Shown here: positions 27,483 to 37,800 of the stretch, piece after piece | How positions within the stretch are numbered: the first letter of the stretch is position 1 | How the letters are laid out: every line of letters begins with the position of its first letter | Origin: Gemmatimonadales bacterium | GTDB lineage: Bacteria > Gemmatimonadota > Gemmatimonadetes > Gemmatimonadales > GWC2-71-9 | Assembly: GCA_011772755.1 (NCBI GenBank) | Contig: WVYX01000192.1 | Span: 1,856-65,855, forward strand | DNA: 64,000 bases | Reading direction: 5' to 3' | The notes under the pieces: generated by a model | What the model was told of the DNA's origin: nothing | Seen by the model: the letters and a program-made list of their open reading frames with translations, nothing else | The model's database searches: none | Position numbers and translations under genes: made by a program

Positions 27483-29768
27483 TCAGAACTCCGGTCCCAT
27501 GAAGACGATCCGCTTGAACAACGTTCCCGCTGGCGTTTGCAGCCGAAGGAGATAGACCCCCTGCGCTACGGTGGAACCGTCGGACGCCGTGCCGTCCCAC
27601 TCCAGGCGGGGGTCGCACTGGCCAGGCGCGCCGACTGCCGGCCGACCGTAGCGCCCTGGCTGCAGCAGCCCACTGAACTCCGCGGTGGGCACTAGTATGC
27701 GAACCACGTGTCCCCGGATGTCGAGGATGTCGAGACGAACTCGCCCCGCTACAGCGAGATCGAACCAGATGCAGGTCGCCCGCCGGCCGCTATCGCGAGA
27801 CGGGAATGGGTTCGGAAAGTTCTGAAACAGCAGGGTCACCGACGGCGCCGAGTCGTCCACGATCACGAACGTTCCGCGACTCTCAATCACCGCGCTGTCC
27901 GGCCCGAGCCGGGAGATAACCCGCCAGCGGTAGGGCGTGTTCCGTTCCAGGTCCCGTGACGGGGTGAACCGGCGCCTGGTGAGGCCGAGTTCTTCGAGGT
28001 CGATCTCGCCGTCGTCAGCCCGAATGATGGCGACATCGTAGGTGAAGGGGCCGGGCGGCGTAGCTACGGCGGGAGAGGTCCATTCGAAGGTGGGTCGTAG
28101 GTCTCGGGATATCACGCCCACCGGATCGTCTAGTGTGGTGAGTGCTGCCCATGGGGGAACGACCATCTCGTCACTCGCCGGCGTCACAAGCGTCACCGAG
28201 TCCACTCCAGTGGCGGTGATGGTGAAGACGAACCGTGTGTCGGGTGGCTGCGGAGTCCTGAAGGTCACGCTGGTCTGTGCAACCGTGGTGTCGAGCAGCA
28301 CCTCGGCAAACGTGGTATCTCGGGCCACTACCAGGCGGTAGCTGACCGGCGCCGCAAACGCCGGCATCTCGGGCGTGCTCCAAGAGAAGGTGGGGGTGAC
28401 GCTCGTGAGCTGGGTGTCAACCGGGTTCGCTACGACGATTCCTCGTGGAAAGAACGCCGCGGCGGACCCGCTTGGCCGCCCCCAGCCCTGGTTGGAATCG
28501 GGCTCCGCGCGGTTGGACCCGGTGCGTCGCAGGGCTTCCAGTATCTCGAGGGGAGTCAACGTTGGGTGGATCTCGCGCAACAGCGTGGCCGCGCCGGCGA
28601 TGAGTGGCGTGCTGAACGAGGTACCTAGCACCCGCGAGAAACCGGACGGGGCGAGGGGGTTTACCACGAAGACCCCCTGACCGGGAGCAGTGAGATCCGG
28701 CTTGATACGCCCATCGGCCGTAGGACCACGAGAGCTGAAGGGCCGCAATACCCCTAGTGAGTCCTCCGCGCCTACGGCAATGACGGAGTCTCCGTCGGCA
28801 GGAGTGATCAACGAGCGATAGTTGGGTGCGCCGCTCGAGACCCCGTTGTTTCCCGCCGCGGTCACGACCACGATGCCCCGGGCGGCTGCGGAATCCGCTG
28901 CCACGGTGGTCACGGCGATATCCCCGTTCATGTCGCCGGGCTGGTAGCTGAAGTTGTTGTCGAAGTCGAGGTATCCCACGCTCGACGACACGACGTCGAC
29001 CCCGATGGAGTCGGCCCATTCGATCGCCGCCACCCAGTGATCTTCCTCTACCCGGGTCTCGGAGCGGATGTCTTCCGTCTTGGCGAGGATGTAGTCGGCT
29101 TCCGGGGCGACTCCGATGATCTGGGTGGGGAGGTTCGCCGCCAGCAGGGACCAGGTCTCGGTGCCGTGTTGGGATGCTGTCACGGTGTCGCCAGCCTCGT
29201 TGCGCACGATGGAGTCGTCGAACACGAAATCCCGCTGGGCGATCACCGAAGCGGAGTCGAAGGCGGGGTGTTCCGTCTCGAATCCCGTGTCGAGCATTGC
29301 GATGGTCACGCCGCCTCCGCGGAATCCTCTGCTGGCCAGCGGAAACAGCTCGAGCTGCCGGAAGGGCATGGCCGACGGTCCGTAGAGGCTGTCCTGGGCC
29401 GTCAGGCCAGCGGGCGGGCCCAACAGCCACGGGGTCTCTTCAGCGCGCTCCGGGCGTCCCACGAACCGGGCTACAGGTTGGAGACGGCGGAATTCGACCC
29501 GGTTGCGCGCCGCTGCCACGCCAGACGAGGCAATGGTGGCGGAAACGGCGTGTAGCCAACGGCTGCGCCGCCGGATGCGACCGTTGAGGTCCTCTACGGC
29601 CGCTGCCACGGCGTCCAGGCTGTACTGAGGCGCGCCGAAGAACCAGATCGTCACTACGGTGTCCCGATCCAGTATCTGCTCCAGCGCACGTGACACCGTC
29701 GGCCGCTGAGCCTGAGCGGTCGCCACCGATACCAGGACGGCGGTCAGGAGCAGCCCGATGCGCCTCAA
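27483..29768 (-). CDS. Secreted S8 (subtilisin-family) serine peptidase with FlgD-Ig/T9SS-like C-terminal domain
   Basis: Asp (VTIAMLDTGF), His (HGTETWS) and Ser (GTSFSTPLIAG) triad contexts. Signal peptide. C-terminal LFQNFPNPFPS ... GVYLLRLQT module. TTG start overlaps the smc stop (TTGA). Confidence 0.85.
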   Translation of the reverse strand: MRRIGLLLTAVLVSVATAQAQRPTVSRALEQILDRDTVVTIWFFGAPQYSLDAVAAAVEDLNGRIRRRSRWLHAVSATIASSGVAAARNRVEFRRLQPVARFVGRPERAEETPWLLGPPAGLTAQDSLYGPSAMPFRQLELFPLASRGFRGGGVTIAMLDTGFETEHPAFDSASVIAQRDFVFDDSIVRNEAGDTVTASQHGTETWSLLAANLPTQIIGVAPEADYILAKTEDIRSETRVEEDHWVAAIEWADSIGVDVVSSSVGYLDFDNNFSYQPGDMNGDIAVTTVAADSAAARGIVVVTAAGNNGVSSGAPNYRSLITPADGDSVIAVGAEDSLGVLRPFSSRGPTADGRIKPDLTAPGQGVFVVNPLAPSGFSRVLGTSFSTPLIAGAATLLREIHPTLTPLEILEALRRTGSNRAEPDSNQGWGRPSGSAAAFFPRGIVVANPVDTQLTSVTPTFSWSTPEMPAFAAPVSYRLVVARDTTFAEVLLDTTVAQTSVTFRTPQPPDTRFVFTITATGVDSVTLVTPASDEMVVPPWAALTTLDDPVGVISRDLRPTFEWTSPAVATPPGPFTYDVAIIRADDGEIDLEELGLTRRRFTPSRDLERNTPYRWRVISRLGPDSAVIESRGTFVIVDDSAPSVTLLFQNFPNPFPSRDSGRRATCIWFDLAVAGRVRLDILDIRGHVVRILVPTAEFSGLLQPGRYGRPAVGAPGQCDPRLEWDGTASDGSTVAQGVYLLRLQTPAGTLFKRIVFMGPEF

Positions 29769-32700
29769 GTTGTGGTGTGTTCAGGGTGACCCAGCCGCAC
29801 ACCGACGATCGTCGACACACCCGGCTCCTGCATCGTCACCCCGTACACCGAGTCTGCCACTTGCATCGTCCGCGGGTTGTGCGTGATCACGATGAACTGC
29901 GTGTCGGCCTTGAATTCTTCGAGCAGGCGTACGAACCGGCTGACGTTGGCGTCGTCGAGCGGGGCGTCCACCTCGTCCAGCAGGCAGAACGGTGCAGGCT
30001 TGGTCAGGTAGATGGAAAAGAGTAGCGAGATCGCCACCAATGCACGCTCGCCGGAAGAGAGCAGGTGAATGCGCTGCGTGCGCTTGCCTCGCGGCGCGGC
30101 ACGAATCTCGATTGGGCTCTCCAGCGGGTCGCCCTCATCGGTGAGGAGTAGGTCGCAGTCGCCGCCTTCAAACAGCGTCCGGAACACGGAGTGGAAGTGC
30201 TCCCGGACGGCGTTGAACGTCTCGGTGAACATCGCTCTGGCGGTCTGGTCGATCTCCCGCAGTGCCTGCAGCAGCCCATTACGTGCCGCCACTAGGTCCT
30301 CACGCTGGCCGCGCAAGAATTCGAGGCGTTTCATCTCCTCGGCGTGCTCCTGGACCGCCAGGGGGTTCACCGGTCCGATCCGCTCAATCTCGCGGGCCAG
30401 GTGTTCGGCTTCCTCTCGGAGCGCCGCTGTCTCACCTTCAATGTCAGCGGCTTCTTCCAGCAGCACCTCAATCGTCTTGTGCCATTCTCCTTCGAGCCGT
30501 TCCACCATTGCGCGTCTGCGACCTTCCGCCTCCGTGAGCTCGATCTCCAGCTGGTGCAGCTCCTCGGTCAGCTGTTCCTGGTCTGCCCGGGCCCCCTCCA
30601 GGGCGCGCTCTTCGGTCTCGAGTGCGGCTTCGGCAGTCTGAACGGCGGTCTCGGCAGCTCCCGTCGCTGCTTCCATCTCCTGAACCGCAATGCGACGTTC
30701 GGCGAGGGCGTCCGCCCATTCGCCGCGCTGTTGGGTCAGCCCCTGCGTGCTCCGCTCGACCTCGGCCACTTCGTCGTCGAGCCGCCGGATCGTCTCGCTG
30801 GATTCTGCGAGGGCCGCCCGCGCCCGCGCCTCGCGATCCAGCGCGCCCTGCTCTCGGGCTGACACCTGTGCCTCTTCCACCTGCCAGTGGACTCGCCGTT
30901 CCCGAGCGGCCTCCTGCGCCGCCTCGAGATCGGCGAGCGTGACCTGTTGGCTCTTCAGCTCTTCGTCCAGCCGCGCCCGCTCCGCCTCGCCGCTGGCCAG
31001 TTCCTCCGTGACATCGTGAAGTCGGGCCTGTCGCTCCCGGACGCGTTGCTTGATCCGGGTCACGACCTCTTCAGCTTCGGCCTGCTCCCGCTCAGCCCGA
31101 AGCAGCCGACGGCCTGCATCGTCATTTGCCCCCTGCGCTTCCCGCAGGGCAGTCCTGGCCCGTGCATGCTTCTCCGTAGCGGCCGCCAGGGAACGCTCAG
31201 CTCCTGCGTGCGCGGCCGCCGCCTGTTCCGTCGACTGCGTCAGCTCGGCGAGACGGCGATCGGCATCGCTCAGCTGTCGCACGAGTTCGTCGAGCTCTGC
31301 TCTCCGGGTCAAGGGGCCGGTCGCCTCAGCGCCGGGGAGGAAGACGGCGCCGTTTGCGCGGCGGATCACCTGCCCCTCGCCGTCATCCGAGCGGCTCCCG
31401 GCGAGCAGTGTCAACACCCAGGGCCGCGCCGGTGCTGCAACGTCAGGCTGCAGGGCGAGCCCCTCGGAACCCACCGGCTGGGCGGGACCTGGCTCCACCG
31501 GCAACAACACGAGAGGACCGGGGTTGGCCGTGGCGTGCCAGCGCCGCACGGCGTCGACTGTGGCCTGGTCACGGACCAGCACAGCGTGCAGCCAGTCGGC
31601 GAGCAGCCGCTCGGCGAGGCGCGCCTCCTCGGCGGCGATCGTCAGGAAGTCTGACAGCGGACCCAGCACGGCGCCCTCGCCGAACTGGTCGCGGGCTCGG
31701 AGTAGCTCCCGGGCGGCCGGTGCCAGACCTTCCCGCTTTCGCTCGAGCTCGGTCAGTGCCTCACGCCGCGCCGTGAGTTGTGCGATGCTCTCTTCCTGTT
31801 CCCGTCGCTCCACCCGCACGGCCGCCTCGTGCTCTCGGGCTGCCGCGAGCTGGTGTCGCGCACGCTCCAGGCCGGCTGCCGCTTCGCGCTCCTCCCGCTC
31901 GCTGACCGCCAGGTTCTCTCGCGCGGCGTCTGACTGCTGCCGTGCGGCATCGTTCTCACGCTGGGTGTCGGCCAAGCGTGCCGTGGCCTCCGACTCCTGG
32001 GGCCGGAGATCTTCGACGTCACGCTCCACAGCGCTGTGCTCGCCTTCCAGCGCCCGGAGATGCTCCGCATGGTGCTGGAGGGCGGTTTCCATGCTGCGCA
32101 CGGCGCGGCGCTGCTGGTTCAGCCGCTCTCGAGCTTGGTCCTCAGTGGCGGCCCGCAAGTCGAGCTCCATCTGGACCGACTGGCGGGCTGCTTCCGCCGC
32201 CTGCCGTTCCCTGGTGGCTGCCTCCAGTTCCCGCTCGGCCTGGCTGGCACGCTCCTCCGCTTGTGTGCGTTCCTCCAGCGCCCGCGCCTTGCGGGCCGTG
32301 GCGTGCTCGAGACGTTCCGCCGCGAGGTTGAGGTCGCCTTCGAGGCGTCCCATCTCGATCCGCGTCGCCGCCAGCCGCCGCTCCAGTTCGGTGCGCCGTG
32401 CCTCGGCTGCCGCCCGCTCCTGGATCCGGGTCTCACGTCGCTTCTCCCGATCCGTGACCGCTCGGCGCGCCTCCGGGATGCGAACGCGAAGGACTTCCCG
32501 TTTGTCCCGCAGCGCCGCGTGCTGCGCCTCGAACGACCCGAGCTCTCGGCGCGTGAGCGTCATGACGATGGCGAATCGCTGGCGGCTGAACTTCTGGTAG
32601 CGTTCTGCCCTCCCCCGCTGCCGGGCGAGGCTGCGGACCTGCGTGTGGACCTCCCCGATTAGGTCGTCGAGGCGCTGTAGATCGGCTGCTGTCCGCTCCA

Positions 32701-33241
32701 GCCTGCGCTCCGTGCTCGCCTTGCGGTCACGGTAGAGGCCGATCCCCGCGGCCTCTTCGAACAGCGAGCGACGCTCCTCAGTGCGGTCCGACAGGAGCCG
32801 GTCGATCATCTGTGCCTCGATCACGACACCAGCGTCACTGCCGAGCCCAGTGCCGTGGAGCGCGTCCTGCACGTCCCGCAGGCGCACCGGGGATTGGTTA
32901 AGCAGGTAGTCGCTCTGCCCGCTCCTGGAGAGGCGCCGGCTCACGGCGACCTCGCGATACTCCAGGGGCAGGGTACCGTCGCTGTTGTCGAAGAAGAGCG
33001 ACACTTCGGCGATGTTGATGGGGCGGCGCTTCAATGACCCCTGGAAGATGACCTCGTCCATGCGCGCGGAGCGCAACAGACGCGCCCGTTGCTCACCCAG
33101 CACCCACCGCACGGCGTCCGAGATATTGGACTTCCCGCAGCCGTTCGGTCCGACGACGGCCGTAATCCCATCTTCGAACTCCAGGCCCACGGTGTCAGCG
33201 AATGACTTGAAGCCCGACAATTCGAGCCGGGTGAGCTTCAT
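29765..33241 (-). CDS. smc: Chromosome segregation protein SMC
   Basis: Walker A GPNGCGKSN, long coiled coils with central hinge, signature LSSGERALVAISLLF, Walker B FCLLDEVDAPLD. 1158 aa. Confidence 0.95.
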   Translation of the reverse strand: MKLTRLELSGFKSFADTVGLEFEDGITAVVGPNGCGKSNISDAVRWVLGEQRARLLRSARMDEVIFQGSLKRRPINIAEVSLFFDNSDGTLPLEYREVAVSRRLSRSGQSDYLLNQSPVRLRDVQDALHGTGLGSDAGVVIEAQMIDRLLSDRTEERRSLFEEAAGIGLYRDRKASTERRLERTAADLQRLDDLIGEVHTQVRSLARQRGRAERYQKFSRQRFAIVMTLTRRELGSFEAQHAALRDKREVLRVRIPEARRAVTDREKRRETRIQERAAAEARRTELERRLAATRIEMGRLEGDLNLAAERLEHATARKARALEERTQAEERASQAERELEAATRERQAAEAARQSVQMELDLRAATEDQARERLNQQRRAVRSMETALQHHAEHLRALEGEHSAVERDVEDLRPQESEATARLADTQRENDAARQQSDAARENLAVSEREEREAAAGLERARHQLAAAREHEAAVRVERREQEESIAQLTARREALTELERKREGLAPAARELLRARDQFGEGAVLGPLSDFLTIAAEEARLAERLLADWLHAVLVRDQATVDAVRRWHATANPGPLVLLPVEPGPAQPVGSEGLALQPDVAAPARPWVLTLLAGSRSDDGEGQVIRRANGAVFLPGAEATGPLTRRAELDELVRQLSDADRRLAELTQSTEQAAAAHAGAERSLAAATEKHARARTALREAQGANDDAGRRLLRAEREQAEAEEVVTRIKQRVRERQARLHDVTEELASGEAERARLDEELKSQQVTLADLEAAQEAARERRVHWQVEEAQVSAREQGALDREARARAALAESSETIRRLDDEVAEVERSTQGLTQQRGEWADALAERRIAVQEMEAATGAAETAVQTAEAALETEERALEGARADQEQLTEELHQLEIELTEAEGRRRAMVERLEGEWHKTIEVLLEEAADIEGETAALREEAEHLAREIERIGPVNPLAVQEHAEEMKRLEFLRGQREDLVAARNGLLQALREIDQTARAMFTETFNAVREHFHSVFRTLFEGGDCDLLLTDEGDPLESPIEIRAAPRGKRTQRIHLLSSGERALVAISLLFSIYLTKPAPFCLLDEVDAPLDDANVSRFVRLLEEFKADTQFIVITHNPRTMQVADSVYGVTMQEPGVSTIVGVRLGHPEHTTT

Positions 33242-33337
33242 ACCATCATCCTGGTTGAGTAACGATGACGTCCTGGGGATCCCTCACGGCGGCCTCCACC
33301 TGCGGCGCTGATCGACGAGTCGCGAACGCCTCCCGGG

Positions 33338-34726
33338 TCACGGTGTCGTGCGAGTCGTATCCCGGATGTAGATCCAGGAAGGCATGTTGAGTCTTCGACG
33401 GAAGGCCTCTGCTTCCTCACGGTTTGGGTACGGCCCAAGCACCACCCGAAACCGTTCGTCCAGTTCGGTGGGTGGCAATACGGAGGCAGCGATTCCCGCA
33501 CGGCGCAGGTTGTTGGCCAAGTCTTCGGCCCACTCCTGATTGCTCGTGCTACTCATCTGAATGTAGATCAACTGGCTTGGCGGCGCGGCCGCGAGCACCT
33601 CCTGTTGCGCGAATTCCAGCGCGGGGCGCCGCGGGTCCCAGGCGATGGGCATCCACCGGTCCGGCTCGGAATCCTGCACCGTGCCGACCACACCTAGCGA
33701 GTCGTAGGAGAAGGCAACGATCTGCTGGCCTCTCCACAGCAGAATGGTTCCATCGGGCGCGATGACAGGGAGGTGCTGGTCCCAGGAACCGGGTATGGTG
33801 CCCGCTAGCATCCACTGTGCCAGGTCGACGATCCAGATGGAGTCTCCTACCATCGGTTGTACGAGCAACAGCCGACCGAGTGGATCGCTCCTGAGTGCCC
33901 GGGCCCTTCCCGGCAAGCTCAGCTGCGCGAGCCGGGTGAGCCCCACAGGGTCGACCGCGAGCAATTCGCCGATGGCGTTCACTGCGTACACTCGATGGAC
34001 GGAAGGCGAGAACACGGCGAGGTGAAGTGCCGTGTCTGATGCCAGGAATCGGGGTACGGAGCCGCCCGACGGGTCAAGGATCACCAGACCCGAATCCGTG
34101 GCGACCGCGGCCACGTCGCCCCACATCGCGACCGCGATGTCGCCGTCTGGCAGGTGGCTGGTGACTGGTGGTTGCCCGTCTGCCACCAGCTGCAAGCTTC
34201 GCCCTTCGTCCTCGGCCATCAGGGCTAGCAGCCGGTTGCGGGTGGCTCCCCACACTGCCGTCGGCAATTGCGAGAAGCCGTTCGACCAGCTGACCGGCCG
34301 ACGATGACGTATGGTGGCGATGGAGCCATCGCCATGAACGACGTGGGGGATGCCGGTGGGGCCCAGGGCTGCGTGGGCGACGTTCGTGTCCACGATCCGG
34401 GCGCGTCCGCTTGCCAGGTCAAGGGCGACCAGTTCGTCTCGTGTCGTGACGGTGTAGGCAAGATCGTCGTCTCCCGCGAACCCGACCACGTAGGCGATGG
34501 GTGCCGCGCCGGCTTCGAACCGCCAGGCGACCTCATCCAGACCCGGTAGTCGGTAGAGTCTGGCATCACCTGCGGCGCCGCTGGGGAAGCGAAATGCCAC
34601 CGAGGACCCCAGCCCGAGCGCCCGCGGAGCCTGGGCAAACGCCTCTTTTACGGGATTGGGCCGCTGGTCGTTTGCGCAGGCGACGGAGCCGACGAGACCG
34701 AGCAGCAGAGCGGAGCGAGGTAGCAC
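33338..34726 (-). CDS. Lipoprotein with beta-propeller-like body and C-terminal SPOR domain
   Basis: Lipobox-like LVGSVAC. C-terminal about 75 aa resembles a SPOR peptidoglycan-binding domain (IYIQMSSTSNQEWAEDLANNLRRAG ... FRVVLGPYPNREEAEAF). Confidence 0.65.
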   Translation of the reverse strand: MLPRSALLLGLVGSVACANDQRPNPVKEAFAQAPRALGLGSSVAFRFPSGAAGDARLYRLPGLDEVAWRFEAGAAPIAYVVGFAGDDDLAYTVTTRDELVALDLASGRARIVDTNVAHAALGPTGIPHVVHGDGSIATIRHRRPVSWSNGFSQLPTAVWGATRNRLLALMAEDEGRSLQLVADGQPPVTSHLPDGDIAVAMWGDVAAVATDSGLVILDPSGGSVPRFLASDTALHLAVFSPSVHRVYAVNAIGELLAVDPVGLTRLAQLSLPGRARALRSDPLGRLLLVQPMVGDSIWIVDLAQWMLAGTIPGSWDQHLPVIAPDGTILLWRGQQIVAFSYDSLGVVGTVQDSEPDRWMPIAWDPRRPALEFAQQEVLAAAPPSQLIYIQMSSTSNQEWAEDLANNLRRAGIAASVLPPTELDERFRVVLGPYPNREEAEAFRRRLNMPSWIYIRDTTRTTP

Positions 34727-34740
34727 GGGCGCAAGCTAGG

Positions 34741-34880
34741 GATGGAAGGGAGGGGATGCAAGGCGGTTGGACGAGCGGTCAGGCGGTCAGGCGGTTCCGA
34801 CTTCGAGAGGTCGGAATCCGTACCGGCCCCACGAGAGGACGCACGGCAACACCTTGCAACCGCCTGTCCGACTGTCCGCC
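34741..34880. repeat. Purine-rich / pyrimidine-rich short-period repeat arms flanking a tight hairpin, just 3' of the large Omp85-fusion gene
   Basis: GGCGGTCAGGCGGTCAGGCGG (about 8-nt period) on the left and CTGTCCGACTGTCCGCC on the right (imperfectly complementary). Central hairpin TTCCGAC (34795-34801) / GTCGGAA (34810-34816) with an 8-nt loop. Confidence 0.55.
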
Positions 34881-34882
34881 CC

Positions 34883-37800
34883 TCAGAATGTGGGGCCCAA
34901 GCTCAACGTCCAGTACGATCCTTGCTCCTCCCGGGAGATGGGCTTGGAGTAGTCCGCCCGGACGATCATGAAGCCCAGCAGGTTGCCGCGGATGGAGATG
35001 CCCCAGCTTGCCAGGGGCTGGCGCACCAGATCTTTGTTGGCGTCCGGGGCGCGGCTGAAGACGACGTCCACTCCGTCCCGCCAGGCCAACCCGACGTCGA
35101 AAAAGACCGCTCCCTCGATGGGGGGGAGGCCGATCGGAGCGAACCCGAGGGCGACATTCCGCAGCAGTGGGAACCGCAGTTCTGCGTTGAACACGGCAAC
35201 GCGGGAGCCGATCAGCTGATCCAGGGCGCCGCACCCCGAGAACGATCCGCTGGCATCGCTGCGGCATTCGTTGTTCCTCAGGGAGCCCGAGGTGTAGCCC
35301 CGCAGCAACTCAGGTGTTCCCAAGAAGATTGGGAACTGGTTGCTGTCACGGCCGAATCGTCCAAAGAACAGGAACCGCGACGCGAAGGTGAAGGGGCCGA
35401 ACAGGTGGTCGTATCGCCGATAGTCACCCAACAGTTGGTGGAACGTCCAGTCACCGAAGGCGGGGGCATACTCGAACCGGCTCCGCCGCCCCATGAACGG
35501 GCCGACCCAGAGCGAGACGGAATTGTCGAAGACCAGTGCCAGGGACGGTTGGAAGTAGTTGATCCCACCCAGCCCGCGGTCCTGCCGATCCCGGTCGAGC
35601 ACCAGCATGGACGCCGGGTCGAATGTGTCGATGATGTCCACCGCCGCCCGCGACACGTTGGCGGCACGGATGCCAAGCTCGACTCGGCGGAACCGGTTGA
35701 ACGGCCGGAGAGCGTCCGCAAACGCCTCCCGCACGATGAACCGCTCCAGCGTGGTGGTGAGAGTCGGATTACCCACCGAGTCGAGCCCGAACTCGCTCTG
35801 CGTGAAGAAGAAATAGGGTGTCTGCGAGATGCCTACCGCCCAGTTAATCCGGCGGCTCAGGTTGGCGTAGATCGCGAGAACCTGCGCCTCCTCGATGCGC
35901 CCGTTCACCTGTCCGGCCGCCAGCACCCGATGGTTCCCCAGCATGTCGGAGAGGGAGATTGCACTGCCGCCGAAGAAGCCGCTGCCGAAGTTGTCCCGTA
36001 CGTATCCGACCGACGGCTGAACCACGTAGTCTACGGACAGCTTGGACGAGTAATCTCGGAACATGAACGCGAGCGAGTCAGGCAGCTCGAAGGCAGCGCT
36101 GTCCAGCAGTGCTTTGACCGAAATCGGAGCAGGCGACGAGTCGGTCGCCTCGGGCGTACTCGCGGATGTACGGAGGCCTGCCGCGGAGCGGTACAACGAC
36201 CGACGGCCGGTGCTGGGGCGCGCGGCTGCTCCTGGGGGTTCTCCGCGTCGGATAGCGCCAGCGCTGTCCCCGGGGGCGGGCGTCGCTACCGGCGTGTATT
36301 GCAGAGCCGCCCGGTCCTGCCCCGGTGGCGCCGCAGTGTCCGGACGATCGGAGATTAGGGACGCCACGATCGGGCGGGGCGCCGACTCGTCGTAGGGACG
36401 ACCCTTGAGGCTCCGGGGATTGTCGGCGGCGTAGACGTTGAACTCACCCTTCTCGTAGTACGTGAACACCAGTCGGTCGGCTGTTCGCGCCCAGGAGATA
36501 GCCGGCGAGAGGGGCGTGATACCTGAGACGCCCGTGAAAACGTCGGTGAGCTGATACGTCTCCCTGTCGTCGAAGTCGAAGAGGAACAGGTTCGGAATGC
36601 CGGTCCGATCAGACAGGAATGCGATCGACCGCCCGTCGGGTCCCCACTGAGGATTCGTGTTGTTGCCCGACATCCGATCAAGGACGTCGATGCTATGGCC
36701 TTGGAGGTCGTAGAGTCCGATGCTCAACGGTCCTACCTGGAGCGAGCGGAGATCCGTGTGGGGCCCACGGTCCGTGGCAAACGCGATCGTGCGGCCGTCT
36801 GGTGACCATGACGGGTGCAGATCAGCAAAGCGATCGTTGGTCAGCCGGCGCAGGTTAGCGCCGTCGGCATCTACGATGAAGAGATCCGAGAATCCCCCAT
36901 CGTAGCCGGTGAAGACGAGTTGCGTCCCGTCAGGGGACCACGATGGCGTCGTCACCCCGTGCAACGGCACTTCAATCCGTTTGTGCACACGAGTCCGCTG
37001 CATGTCGAAGATGACGAGATCGTCCACGCCGGCATGCTTGACCGCGATGGCGAAGAACTGTCCGTCCGGGGACCAGGCGCCTGCTGAGTTCAGGAAGCGG
37101 AGGCTCTCGAAGTCACTGCTGAAGGCACTCTTGATCAGCCGCTTCTTGACCAAGCCGGTCTCCGCGTCGGCCAGGTACAGATCGATGAAGAACGAGTTGC
37201 CTTCGGAGAGATAGGCAATGTCCTGCCCGTCGGGGGAGATCACCGGCGATATGTGCAGGGTCCCGTTGGACCTCCGCCTGGTGAGCACGGGGTGGGAGAA
37301 CTGACGTGCCTGCTGGAGGTCCGCGATCTGCGGGAGATACGTCCGCTGCACCGCGTCTTGCCATTGCTCCACCAAGTCTTCCAGGGTCACCCCCAGAGCG
37401 CGACGAAAGGCCCCTTGCACACCGGATATGGATGCCGCGTGTAGAATCTCGCCCACGGCTTCATCACCCCACCGTTCGCCGATGTATGACCACAGCGCAT
37501 GGCCGAAACGATACGGGGAGTAACGGGGGTCCCAAGTCAGCTGCTCGATGCTCGGCAGCCCGCCCTCGAGCGCGGCGTCCCGCACCCACATCGCCGTCTG
37601 CGGGTCGATCGGTCCCAGCGACAGGTACTCAGCCATTCCCTCCATGAACCACAGCGGCGGGCTCACTGAGATGAGGCGTTGAATGCCGGCGCCTACCTGA
37701 CCACGGGCGAATACGTCGAACTGGAACTGGTGGACGATTTCGTGCTGGAGAACGTGCTCGAACTCTGCGTACGAGCCCGTGAAGGGCAGTAGCACGCGGT

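Noticed and set aside
30069-32662. Multiple long plus-strand ORFs (for example 31050..32600, 516 aa) opposite smc
   Set aside because: They are R/S/A-rich mirror frames of a high-GC coiled-coil gene. The smc frame carries all the diagnostic motifs, and the antisense frames have none.
34742-36358. 538-aa plus-strand ORF opposite the Omp85-fusion gene
   Set aside because: It is antisense to a frame with a clear barrel and PD40 motifs. The translation is featureless and R/G/E-rich.
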